Source of the DNA: Squalus acanthias | Lineage: Eukaryota | Direction of reading: 5' to 3' | DNA: 64,000 nucleotides | Assembly: GCA_030390025.1 (NCBI GenBank) | Contig: CM059425.1 | Location: 169,076,001-169,140,000, forward strand | Program-made: the position numbers and the translations under genes | Shown: piece after piece, positions 11,587-24,163 of the stretch | How positions within the stretch are numbered: the first letter of the stretch is position 1 | Layout of the letters: each line of letters opens with the position of its first letter | The notes under the pieces: generated by a model | The model's database searches: none | The model's input: the letters and a program-made list of their open reading frames with translations, nothing else | What the model was told of the DNA's origin: nothing

Positions 11587-14500
11587 TTTTTTTATTCGTT
11601 TATGGGATGTGGGCGTCGCTGGCGAGGACAGCATTTATTGCCCATCCCTAATTGCCCTTGAGAAGGTGGGGGTGAGCTGCCCTCTTGAACCGCTGCAGTC
11701 TGTGTGATGAAGGTACTCCCACAGTGCTGTTAGGGAGGGAGTTCCAGGATTTTGACCCAGCGACGATGAAGGATCGGCGATATATTTCCAAGTCAGGATG
11801 GTGTGTGACTTGGAGGTGGTGGTGTTCCCATGCGCCTGCTGCCCTTGTCCTTCTAGGTGGAAGAGGTCGCGGGTTTGGGAGGTGCTGCCGAAGAAGCCTT
11901 GGCGAGTTACTGCAGTGCATCTTGTAGATGGTACACACTGCAGCCATGGTACGCTGGTGGTGGAGGGAGTGAATGTTCAAGGTGGTGGATGGGGTGCCAA
12001 TCAAGCGGGCTGCTTTGTCCTGGATGGTGTTGAGCTTCTTGAGTGTTGTTGGAGCTGCACTCATCCAGGCAAGTGGAGAGTATTCCATCACACTCCTTAC
12101 TTTTTCCTTGTAGATGGTGGAAAGGCTTTGGGGAGTCAGGAGGTGAGACACTCGCCGCAGAATACCTAGCCTCTGACCTGCTCTTGTTGCCACAGTATTT
12201 ATGTGGCTGGTCCCGTTAAGTTTCTGGTCAGTGGTGGTTCCCCAGGATGTTGATGGTGGGCGATTCGGCGATGGTAATGCCGTTGAATGTCATGGGGAGG
12301 TGGTTAGACTCTCGCTTGTTGGAGATAGTCATTGCCTGGCACTTCTGTGGTGCGAATGTTACCCGCCACTTATCAGCCCAAGCCTGAACGCCATCCACGT
12401 CTTTTTGCATGCAGGCATGGACTGCTTCGTTATCTGAGGAGTTGTGAATGGCACTAAACATTGTGCAGTCATCAGCGAACATCCCCATTTCTGACCTTAT
12501 GTTGGAGGGAAGGTCATTGATGAAACAGCTGAAGATGGTTGTGCCTAGGACACTGCCCTGAGGAACTCCTGCAGCGATGTCCTGGGGTTGTGATGATTGA
12601 CCTTCAATCACCACAACCATCTTCCTTTGTGCTAGGTATGACTCCAGTCAGTGGAGCATTTTCCCCCTGATTCCCATTGACCTCAGTTTTATTAGGGCTC
12701 CTTGCTGCCACACTCGGTCAAATGCTGCCTTGATGTCAAGGGCAGTCACTCTCACCTCACCTCTGGAATCCAGCTCCTTTGTCCATGTTTGGACCAAGGC
12801 TGTAATGAGGTCGGGGGCCGAGTGGTCTTGGCGGAACCCAAACTGGGCATCAGTGAGCAGGTTATTGGTGAGTAAGTGCCGCTTGATAGAACTGTCGCTG
12901 ACACCTTCCATCACTTTGCTGATGATTGAGAGTAGACTGATGGGGTGGTAATTGGCTGGGTTGGATTTGTCTTGCTTTTTGTGGACAGGACATACCTGGG
13001 CAGTTTTCCACATTGTCAGATAGATGCCAGTGTTGTAGCTGTACTGGAACAGCTTGGCTAGAGTCGCAGCTAGTTCTGGAGCACAAGTCTTCAGCACGAT
13101 AGCCGGGATGTTGTTGGGGCCCATAGCCTTTGCTGTATCCAGTGCACTCAGCCGTTTCTTGATATCACGTGGAGTGAATCGAATTGGCTGAAGACTGGCA
13201 TCTGTGATGGTGGGGACCTCAGGAGTAGGCCGATATGGATCATCCACTCGACACTTCTGGCTGAAGATGGTTGTAAACGCTTCAGCCTTGTCTTTTGCAC
13301 TCACGTGCTGGGCTCCACCATCATTGAGGATGGGGATATTCATGGAACCTCCTCCTCCCTTTAGTTTAATGGTCCACCACCATTCACGACTGGATGTGGC
13401 AGGACTGCAGAGCTTTGATTTGATCCATTGATTGTGGGATCGCTTAGCCCTGTCTATAGCATGCTGCTTCACTTTTTAGCATGCATGTAGTCCTGTGTTG
13501 CAGCTTCCCCAGGTTGGCACCTCATTTTTAGGTATGCCTGGTGCTGCTCCTGGCATGCTCTTCTGCACTCCTTATTGAACCAGGGTTGGTCCCCTGGCTT
13601 GATGGTAATGGTAGAGTGAGGGATATGCCGGGCCATTAGGTTACAGATTGTGGTGGAATACAATTCTGCTGCTGCCGATGGCCCACAACGCCTCATGGAT
13701 GTCCAGTTTTCAGCTGCTTGATGTGTTGTGAATCTATCCCATTTAGCACGGTGGTAGTGCCACACACCACGATGGAGGGTGTCCTCAGTGTGAAGACGGG
13801 ACTTTGTCTCCACAATGACTGACTGTGCGGTGGTCACTGCTACCAATACTGTCATGGACAGATGCATCTGCAACAGGTAGATTGGTGAGGACGAGGTCAA
13901 GTAGGTTTTTCCCTCATGTTGGCTCTCTCAACTGCCAGTCTGGGCCTGCGACAGGTGGTATGTCCTTCAGGACTCTGCCAACTCGGTCAGTAGTGGTGCT
14001 ACCGAGCCACTCTTGGTGATGGACATTGAAGCCCCCCACCCAGAGTATATTCTGTGCCCTTGCGAATCTCAGTGCTTCTTCCAAGTGGTGTTCAACATGG
14101 AGGAGTACTGATTCATCAGCTGAGGGAGGGCGGTAGGAGGTAATCAGTAGGAGGTTTCCTTGCCCATGCTTGACCTGAAGCCATGAGACTTCATGGGGTC
14201 CGGAGTCAATGTTGAGGACTCCCAGGGCCGCTCCTTCCCGACTGTATTCCACTGTGCCGCCACCCCTGGTGGGCCTGTACTGCCGGTGAGACAGGACATA
14301 CCCAGAGATGGTGATGGAGGAGTTCGGGACATTGGCTAAAAGGTATGATAGAAACATAGAAGATAGGAACAGGAGTAGGCCATTCGGCCCCTCGAGCCTG
14401 CTCCGCCATTCGATGAGATCATGGCTGATCATCCAAACTCAGTACCCTGTCCCTGCCTTCTCCCCATATCCGTTGATACCTTTAGCCTTAAGAAATGTAT

Positions 14501-16566
14501 CTAACTCCTCCTTGAATATATTTACTGACTTGGCCTCAACTGCCTTCTGTGGTAGAGAATTCCACAGGTTCACCACTCTCTGGGTGAAGAAATTCCTCCT
14601 CATCTCTGTCCTAAATGGCTTACCCCTTATCTTTAGACTGTGACCCCTGGTTCTGGACTCACCCGCCATCGGGAACATCCTTCCTGCATCCAGTCTGTCT
14701 AGTCCTGTTAGAATTTTATAAGTTTCAATGAGATCTCCTCTCATTCTTCTAAACTCCAGCGAGTATAAGCCCAATCGACCCAATCTCTCCTCGTACGTCA
14801 TTCCTGCCATCCCAGGTATCAGTCTGGTGAATCTTCGCTGAACACCCTCCATGGCAAGAACATCCTGCCTCAGATAAGGTGACCAAAACTGCACACAATA
14901 CTCAAGGTGTGGTCTCACCAAGGCCCTGTACAGCTGCAGCAAGACATCCTTGTTCCTGTACTCAAACCCTCTCGCTACGAAGGCCAACATACCATTTGCC
15001 TTCTTAACCGCCTGCTGTACCTGCATGCTTATCTTCAGCGACTGGTGCAGAAGGACACCCAGGATCGTTGCACTTCCCCTTCTGCCAATCTATTGCCGTT
15101 CAGATAATCTGCCTTTCTGTTTTGGCCACCAAAGTGGATAACCTCGCATTTATCCACATTATACTGCATCTGCCATGCTTCTGCCCAATCACCCAACCTG
15201 TCCAAATCATACTAGAGTTTCTCGGCATCCTCCTCGCAGCACACACGCCCACCCAGCTTTGTGTCATCTGCAAACTTGGAGATATTACATCTAGTTCCCT
15301 CGTCTAGATCATTAATATATATAGTGAATAGCTGGGGTCCTAGGACTGATCCCTGCGGAACCCCACTAGTCACTGCCTGCCACTTGGAAAAAGACCCGTT
15401 TATTCCAACTCTTTGCTTCCTGTCTGCCAACCAGTTCTCTATCCAAGTCAGTACCTTGCCCCCAATCCCATGTGCCTTAACTTTACACGCTAATCTCTTA
15501 TGCGGGACCTTATCGAAAGCCTTCTGAAAGTCCAAATACACCACATCCACTGGTTCTCCCTTATCTATTCTATCAGTTACATCCTCAAAAAATTCCAGTA
15601 GATCAGTCAAGCACGATTTACCTTTTGTAAATCCATGTTGACTTTGTCCAATCCTGTCACTGTTTTCCAAGTGCTCTGCTATTACATCTTTTATAATGGA
15701 CTCTAGCATTTTCCCCACAACCGATGTCAGGCTTACCGGTCTATAATTCCCCGTTTTTTCTTTACCACCTTTTTTGAACAGTGGGGTTACATTAGCTACC
15801 CTCCAATCCATGGGAACTGTTCCAGAGTCTATAGAATTTTGGAAGATGACCAGCAATGCATCTACTATTTCTAGGGCCACTTCCTTAAGTACCCTAGGAT
15901 GTAGATTATCAGGCCCTGGGGATTTATCGGCCTTTAATGCCGTCAATTTCCCATACACCATTTCCCTACAAATACTGATTTCATTCAGTTCCTCCCTCTC
16001 ATTAGACCCTATGTTCCCCGACATCTCTGGGAGGTTATTTGTGTTCTCCTTTGTGAAGACAGAGCCAAAGTATGTCTTTAATTGGTCTGCCATTTCTTTG
16101 TTCCCCATTATAAGTTCCCCATTATGATTCTGAGAGTACGACTGTGACAGCTCTCCCAAATTTGGCTCAAGTCCCCAGATGTTGGTGAGGAGGACTTTGC
16201 AGGGTCGACTGGGCTGGGTGTGCTGTTGCCGTTGCCGTGTCCGTAGCTGGTGCTGAGGTCAATGCCGGGTGGTCCGTCCGGTTTCATTCTTATTGTGTTT
16301 CGTAGTGGTTTGTTGCAACTGAGTGGCTTGCCAGGCCATTTCACAGGGCAGTTAAGAGTCAACCACATTGCTGAGAGTCTGGAGTCGCATATAGGCCAGA
16401 CCACGTAAGGATTCCAGATTTCCTGTCCTAAAGGACATTAGTGAACCAGATGGGTTTTTATGACAATCCGATAGTTTCATGGTTACCATTACTGATACTA
16501 GCTTTTTATTTCAGATTTATTTAATTTAATTAACTGAATTTAAATTCCCCAGCTGCCGTGGTGGGA
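11587..16566 (-). mobile_element. CR1/L2-group LINE 'family B' (APE endonuclease + RT), ~3.2 kb excluding the nested CR1
   Basis: EN motifs [24 protein letters not shown] motifs [26 protein letters not shown]-rich tail at 11587-11593. Frameshifted. Confidence 0.92.
14350..16122 (-). mobile_element. 5'-truncated HER1-like CR1 LINE nested in the family-B LINE
   Basis: RT ORFs 15212-16159 and 14439-15026 ([40 protein letters not shown]). Short tandem tail. TSD TATGAT at 14344-14349 and 16123-16128. Confidence 0.95.
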
Positions 16567-16916
16567 GACCGGAGATCTCTGCACTGAAGTTTTACAGTGA
16601 AGATCCTCTGTAGAGGTTATGCAGTATATTTGGTATCCAAAATATGCAGTGCTGCAATTTGAATGGAGAAAGCAGATCTTGGAATTGGAGAATTCTAAGC
16701 AGGTTTTTAAACATAAGTGACAGAATAGGTATTAGTAAAGATAATTACACAGTGCTTTGTGTCTGTACTTGATGAACAGCCAGAGATAATTTAATTTATA
16801 GGTTATATTGGGAAGTTCTATTCATTTGATTAATCACATTTTACTCCATAGTTTTGATGTGGAGAGTTTTACACACATTTTACAATGACAACATCAATAA
16901 TTGAGACAACAATTTA

Positions 16917-18345
16917 TACAACAAGGACAGCTTGTATTTATATAGTGCCTTTAACGTAGTAAAACGTCCCAAGGCGCTTCATAGGAGTGTTATAAGACAA
17001 AAAGTTGACACCGAGCCACATAAGGAGAAATTTAGGGCAGATGACCAAAAGCTTGGTCAAAGAGGTAGGTTTTAAGGAGCGTCTTAAAGGAGGTAGAGAG
17101 GTGGAGAGATTTAGCAAGGGACTTCCAGCACTTAAGGCCTAGGCAACTGAAGGCACAGCCACCAATGGTTGAGCGATTATAATCAGGGATGCTCAAGAAG
17201 GCAGAATTAGAGGAGCACAGATATCTCAGTGGGGAGGAGGGGCGGGGTGTTGTGTGGCTGGAGGAGATTACAGAGATAGGGAGTGGCGAGGCCGTGGAGG
17301 GATTTGAAAACAAGGATGAGAATTTTGAAATCGCTGCGTTGCTTAACCGGGAGCCAATGTAGGTCAGCGAGCACAGGGGTGATGGGTGAATGACACTTGA
17401 TGTGAGTTAGTACACGGGCAGCCGAGTTTTGGATGACCTTACGTTTATGTAAGGTAGAACATGGGAGGCCAGCCAGGAGTGCGTTGGAATAGTCAAGTCT
17501 AGAGGTAACAAAGGCATGGATGAGGGTTTCAGCAGCAGAAGAGCTGAGGCAGGGGCGGAGTTACAGAGGTGGAAATAGACGGTCTTCGTTATGCCGTGGA
17601 TGTGTGGTCGGAAACTATTTTCAGGGTCAAATATGACACCAAGGTTGCAAACAGTGTGGTTTAGCCTCAGACAGATGCTAGGGAAAGGAGTTTGTGGCAG
17701 GGACCAAAAACAATTCCTTCGGTCTTCCCAATATTTAATTGGCGAAAAGTTCTGCTCATCCAGATCTGGATGTCGGACAAGCAGTCTGACAATTTAGAGA
17801 CCGTGGAGGGGTCGAGAGAAGTGGTGGTGAGGTAGAGCTGGGTGTCGTCGGCGTACATGTGGAAACTGATGCTGTGTTTTCGGATGATGTCGCCAAGGGG
17901 CAGCATGTAGATGAGAAATAGGAGGGGGCCAAGGATAGATCCTTGGGGGACACCAGAGGTAACGATACAGGAGCAGGAAGAGAAGCCATTACAAGTGATT
18001 CTCTGGCTATGATTAAATAGATAAGAATGGAGTAGGTTGAATAAGAATAAGTGCAGTTGTAAGAGAGTTGGGAGAGCGTTTTTTTCAGGGGTTGACACAG
18101 AAGGAAGTAGGGTTGTTGGGGGGAGAAGGGGGATGTGGGTGGAGAGCGATACGAGGAAGTGGTCAGAGATGGCCTTATCTGCGATTGACACAATGGGAGT
18201 CGCGAGGCCACGAGAGATGGCAAGGTCAAGGTGGTGGCCGTGAATATGGGTTGGGGAATTTACATGGAGGGAGAAATCAAGGGAGGATAGGAGGCTAGTG
18301 AACTCGGAGGAGAGAGAGCATGACGAATTGAGATAGAGTTTGAAA
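16917..18345 (-). mobile_element. L2-clade LINE remnant with large internal deletion
   Basis: GVPQGSILGPLLFLIYMLPLG, HMYADDTQLY, FKTLLKTYLFDQAF, EN fragment PTHIHGHHLDL...ISDHF. Degenerate (TTG)n-type tail near 16917. Confidence 0.88.
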
Positions 18346-18640
18346 GTATCCTGATCACATACTGGGGAAAGAATAATTTCACCCGCCATGTACATACTGT
18401 ATAATAACTCCCTTTTTGGCAAATGGTATACATTCAAAATTGTGACACACCATGCATTTGCACCATGACCTATACTCCACAAATTGTCTTAAAATACACT
18501 TGTTATGAGCCGCTTCCAAACTGAATGGCGAAAAAAAAACATGGCAACAGTGGAAAAAAATTAATCGAACTAGTGAAGTAGAAGACATTTGAGCCATCAA
18601 AGCCTTTTTGTCCACAAATCATCAACAACTTTCACTGATA

Positions 18641-19679
18641 GGCTGCGATTTCCCCTACCTTGGCGGGTCCCGGCCTCACTGCTGCCTCCAGCTTGCTGTC
18701 CAAAGTGATTTTACGTTGATTGGGCTTGTTAAGCCCACCCAGCACATTTGCCAGCTAATTGAAGGAAGCGGGTCTGATGACATTACTTGATGACGAGTCA
18801 TCAGCCGGTTTCCTTAAAGGGACCATGCGCAAGTTTAATATGACAGTTGTGCTGTCACTGTTCTACAGCATTGAGGTGCTGCAAACACTGACAAGCACTG
18901 CAGAGGTGCACGGCTGCACCTAGGCTCTCCCATGACTCCCTCCATATGCTTATGGAGGGAGGTTTTCTTCCCTTCCAATGGGCGGAAGAGACCTCCCCAG
19001 GAGATCAACGCAGCCTGGTGTCCCGGAAAGCAATGTGGTTGGGTGCTGATGCCCTCTGTCCTGTGCAGCATCAGGTGATTGCGGAGAAGGTTGTTGTTGG
19101 GGCTGATCGTGGTGGGGTTCTGAGGACCAAGGTGAGATAGTTTCAAGGGCACCGATGCTGATGTAATGGATGGCAGGTGAACTTGAGATGACAGAAGCGA
19201 TCTGTCAATGATGAGAGAGGTTGTTCCAATGAGGTGACACTGGATAGACAGTTTACTCCAAACACTTGCAACCTGCAATAAAGCTTAATCTGTCTTCCAA
19301 ATGCAGTAAGCAACAGCTTCTGAGCTTGGAAAGTGAACAGCTATGAGATGGGAGCTTTTATAGCACATTTGCAGCTGTCGAGCAATGAGATGATTCCATG
19401 GTCATACAACTCCCGACCTGCTTATCTGACGTGATCCCCGAGCAGCATAGGCAACCTCATAAAATTTAAAGGTGAGCTCAAAATACTTTTTAAGTGGCTC
19501 TTAACAAGGTCATAATGACCTAAATTGCCTCCCCCGCCGTTGCGTGTCAGGTCTGTTCAGCGTTGACAGATCTGACATCTGGGAAAGTCATGTGGTGGTG
19601 GGTTGAAATGTCCAAAAAAAAAATGTAACACCCGATCCGCCACCAAACGTGCCCGCTGACCCCCCGAAAAATTCCCCCC
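18641..19679. mobile_element. Non-autonomous Harbinger family-1 derivative (~1.04 kb)
   Basis: Collinear with 33917-35673 apart from an internal deletion. Left end ggctgcgattt. Confidence 0.8.
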
Positions 19680-20424
19680 ATGGACTCTATTTAAGTTAAC
19701 TAGGGGGGGGGGGGGGGGGCAACAAACTTCAATTAAAATCTCTAGAAAGATAAAACTTTGTGAAATTTCTTGCTGAGCAACAAAATTAATTGAGCAAAAC
19801 CTCAGAATATTAATCATATTTCACAACCCACACCATTCAGCTCCGCAGATGACTCACTCATCAGACCAGTAGCAGAAGAACCATTGTGTTCCATAAAGCC
19901 TTTCATCATCTGTATCTATCTTTATCCTTGTAACTTTGAGTACCATCTGAACCAGGTATTCATATGGTTCCTTTTAAAGGCATTGCTTCACATAATAACA
20001 TATTCTGTTAAAGTCCAGAATATACACTCACTGCAAGAAGAATTCTTTTCATCCGCAGTCTCATTTAAGGTTTATTATATTTGTACTTGTATTCTTTAGT
20101 TCTGTGATGACCGTATAAATTAAATAACCTGCTTGCATCTGCATTTTCCACATCTCATTATTTTAAAGACTTGAATCATGTTCCCTCTTAATCTACTTTT
20201 CTCTTGTGTGAAAACATTCAGTTTCTCTTCAAAGCTTAAAGTTTGTTACATTTTAACGGCTTCATTGAACATTTTTCTCATGTTCAGCACCAAAGATTAT
20301 TTCAGCAAGCAAGCCACCTGCCCACTCGCCAAATACTCAAGTGCATCTTCATATGCCTAATATCTGGTGGTGAAACAGAAACCCTTCTTGCTATAATTGG
20401 CTTGCTGAATTAGCACCAGCCCAT

Positions 20425-20728
20425 CTTTTGGATGAGGTGCCAAACCTGAGGTCCCATTTCCCTGTTCTGGTGGATGTAAAAGATCCTGTGGCACTAATCA
20501 AAGAGCAATGCTGCTGGCATCTTGGTCAACATTTATCCCTCCTCCAACACCACCAAGGACAAAACTGATCAACTGGTCATTTATCTCATTGGTTGTTGTG
20601 GGACCTTGCGGTGTGCAAATTGGCTGCCATGTTTGCCTATATAACAGTGACTATACTTGACTGCGAAGCACTTGGGAAGATCCTGAGGAAGTGAAGAGCA
20701 CAATATATAAGAAAGTCTGTCTGTCTTT
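20425..20728 (+). mobile_element. Diverged, 5'-truncated DeuSINE
   Basis: gatgtaaaagatcctgtggcact and gtgggaccttgcggtgtgcaaattggctgcc match the 20885-21347 copy. Confidence 0.75.
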
Positions 20729-20884
20729 ATAGTCTTTGAATAGCAGAAGAATAAACACTATCAGACTATAATACGGGCATAAACTACAAATTAGGTTAAC
20801 AAATCAGTGGTTGAAAATCAATACAGCAGATATCACTTGTTAACAGAATTTTTAACTTTTACCTCTTTGGATGTATAAAAATAA

Positions 20885-21347
20885 AAAGAAAGACTTGCAT
20901 TTATATAGCGCCTTTCACGACCACCGGACGTCTCAGCGCTTTACAGCCAATGAAGTACTTTTGAAGTGTAGTCACTGTTGTAATGTGGGACACGCGGCAG
21001 CCAATTTGCGCACAGTAAGGTCCCACAAACAGCAATGTGAAAATGACCAGATAATCTGTTTTTTGTTATGTTAGTTGAGGGATAAATATTGGCCTGGACA
21101 CCGGGGATAACTCCCCTGCTTTTCTTCGAAATAGTGCCATGGGATCTTTTACGTCCACCTGAGAGGGCAGATGGGGCCTCGGTTTAGCGTCTCATCCAAA
21201 AGACGGCACCTCCAACAGTGCAGCACTCCCTCAGCACTGTACTGGAGTGTCAGCCTAGCTTTATGTGCTCAAGTTCTGGGAGCGAGACTTGAACCCACAA
21301 CCTTCTGACTCAGAGCCGAGTGTGCTACCAACTGAGCCACAGCTGAC
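20885..21347 (-). mobile_element. Full-length tRNA-derived DeuSINE (SacSINE1/AmnSINE-like)
   Basis: A box tggctcagttgg, B box ggttcaagtc, Deu core ggtgccgtcttttggatgagacgctaaaccgagg...aaagatcccatggcact, L2-like tail aggcgctatataaatgcaagtctttc. Confidence 0.9.
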
Positions 21348-21904
21348 AAAAACAATAAAATACAACACTTCACTCACTCTCTTCGTAATACTGAACTTAG
21401 ATCATATACATGAGGTTTCATCCGGCCACCATGGAGCTCTAGCCTCCACGTTAGTGGGTTCAGTAAAGATGGGAACACATTGCCTGAGCTACTCCTCTGA
21501 TACCCTTTGAAGTTCAACCTTAGACACAGGAAAACAAAAGGTGTCTCCTACAATTGAATACAGTTCATCAAATTAAACATCAAGTAGGTAATAAGCACAA
21601 AATAATTTGCATATATTACAAAGCTCTTCACAAACTTATTCAGGACAAAACAAGGAGCCTATGTTAGCTGGTTTCTACTTGCTAAACATATTTGCATATG
21701 AAAAGCACATTGTCTCTGAGCATTTCTTCCGCAATCGCAATTTCCAGAGATCCGTAAGAAATGTGGATTCTACCCCCAACCTTACCCTGCAGTAGAACAA
21801 ATTGTAAGTAGCCAGGCTCATCTCATAAATATATTTTAAAATAAAGGGACTTTCTTATGATTTAGAATAACATTAATCTCCTTGTCACATCCTAGACCCT
21901 AGAA

Positions 21905-22975
21905 CCACCCTTGTTACTCATATCCATGCTTTTGTCATCTCTAGACTTGATTTGTCCAACATCTTCATTACTGACCTTTCATTCTCCTCCTTCCATGTTA
22001 AACCAGATTATTTACAACCTCAGCATCCTATTCGACCCTAAACTGAACTTCTGACTCTACATAGAAACATAGAATCTAGGAGCAGGAGTAGGCCATTCGG
22101 CCCGTCGAGCCTGCTCCACCATTCAATACGATCATGGCTGATCATCCAAATCCAGTACCCTGTCCCTGCTTTAATCCCCACAGTACACATATCCCACCCT
22201 ACCCCCGTAACCCCACGTATTTAATTCCCCCTAACATATCCCATCCTATCCCCACATATTTAATCCCCCCCTAACACTAAGGGTCAATTTATCATAGCCA
22301 AATCAACCTAACCCGCACATTTTTGGACATCCTCTCCCTCACAAAGACCGACTCCTTCCACCTTCTACCATTGCCTGCCTCCAGTCTTATCCCATCCCAA
22401 ATGCCACTGAAATCCTCATCCATGCTTTTGTCACCTCCAAAACCAGTTATTAAAATGCTCTCCTTGCTGGCCTCACATCCTCTTCCCTCCGTAGCCTTCA
22501 GCTCATTCAAAACGATGTGCCATTATCCTATTACCCCATTGAGACTCATTCGACCATCGTTCATGCCCTTGTTAATATATATTGACTGCCGGTCCACCAA
22601 TGCCTCAAATTTTAAATTCCCATTTTCCTCTTTAAAACCCTCCGTGGCCTCCCCTTCCTTTCTCTATAAACTCCTCCAGCACTATAATTTCCATAGCTCT
22701 CTGTCCTCTGACTCCAACCTCTTGTACATCCTCCTCTCTTCGCCCCACCACTGGCATCTGTGCTTTCACCACCTAGTCTGCACACTCTAGATTTTCCTCT
22801 GTAAACCCTTGCCTCTCCATCCCCCTTTCCTCCTTAAAAGCCACCTCTTTAACCAGGCTTTTGCCACCCCGCCTGATATCTCTTTCTTCAATTTGACGCT
22901 CATTTTTTTTCTTTACGTCTGAGTGAAGTGCCTTGGGACATTTCTCAATGTAAAAGGCGCTATGTAAATGCAAAT
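21905..22975 (+). mobile_element. Degraded L2 3' fragments
   Basis: catgcttttgtcacctcc occurs twice; ends in aaggcgctatgtaaatgcaa. Confidence 0.7.
22060..22330 (-). mobile_element. 5'-truncated HE1-like V-SINE with CR1-derived tail
   Basis: V-domain-like gtccaaaaatgtgcgggttaggttgatttggctatgataaattgaccc joined to the same 3' tail as the HER1-like CR1 (ggccgaatggcctactcctgctcct...tctatgtttctat). Confidence 0.7.
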
Positions 22976-24051
22976 ATCAGATTTGTATGAAAATTCTGTC
23001 AATACCAAAGTTCATTTAAACATTAAACATGACAAAGCAAAACAAAGCACTTTCAGAAAGAAAGAATGCCTTCCTTAAAATTTCCGAGCTCTGCGAATCC
23101 ATACTTCTGTTATGTTGTTTAAGTCATTTAAAAAATGATTGAACTCTGTTGTATATGATGCAAAGTGATTATATCATTTCCTGGTAATCAGCCATTAATT
23201 AATTTGTCAAACTTCGTTATTGTCTCAAGATCAAAATCCTTTTATTATAGACATTATCACACATCAATGACCGGGCAGTACACTGGCTATCCTTTTGGTA
23301 AGAAATAAGAACTGAAGCTCAATGCATCACTGGAATTCTCATAGTATAATATCAGCTTAGAATTCACCTGTTAAATGTTCAAGTATCACACTCATGCTTT
23401 CTTAGCATCCAGTAGATATGATCATTTTTTTCTGTTTCTCTCCCCTTTTCTCATTAGCCATCTTATTTATTTGTTTGCAACTCTTTTATTTTTTTTTAAT
23501 TTTAATTTATTTTATTTTATTAATGTTTTTATTTTTCCTGCAGTAAAATCACTACCCGCTGTGTGGAGTTATCTCTGAGCTTTGGAGGTCTGTATCTGAG
23601 TTTAATGGATCTAAGTTGTGTCTGGACATTTCTTTTGTCAGCTTTACAGCTTTCGCTCATCACTCAGCTGGCCACATTTGTTTAACATGGCAGATTCACA
23701 ATGGAACATGTTTAATTTTTTATGAGATGGCTCTTCCAGTCATCTGGAAGGAAGGTTTTATTTTTAGCTGTCCACGACTTGAGAATTCAGTAAGAAACAA
23801 CATAAAGGTGTATTGTTATGTACAAATTGAAATGGATTTTACCGCCACCAATTTGTAAGAGAAAATACTTCATTGTTTTGTTACAATTAATATATTCTTT
23901 TAGCTCTAGCTGTGCGCTGTCTTTAAAAATGATTACAATTCCAACTTAAATGAAATGAATATTATTTTACACTTGTTATCAAAGTCTGTTTTTGTTATGT
24001 AGTGTGAATATTACACTAAACCACACTGTTGAGCAACATAAGAGAAATAGT

Positions 24052-24163
24052 TCTAATATATGAGTTCTGACAAAAGGTCATCGACCTGAAACGTTAACTC
24101 TGTTTCTCGCTCCACAGATGCTGCCTGACCTGCTGAGTATTTCCAGCACTTTCTGTTTTTATT
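24052..24163 (+). mobile_element. Short Penelope-type insertion containing a minimal hammerhead motif (24062-24100)
   Basis: 13-bp TSD TAAGAGAAATAGT at 24039-24051 and 24164-24176. Motif gagtt-CTGACAA-a-aggtc.atc.gacct-GAAA-cgtt-aactc. Confidence 0.75.

Noticed and set aside
21270..21347. tRNA gene
   Set aside because: The A/B boxes are the head of a DeuSINE that continues into a Deu core and tail; no complete cloverleaf seen.
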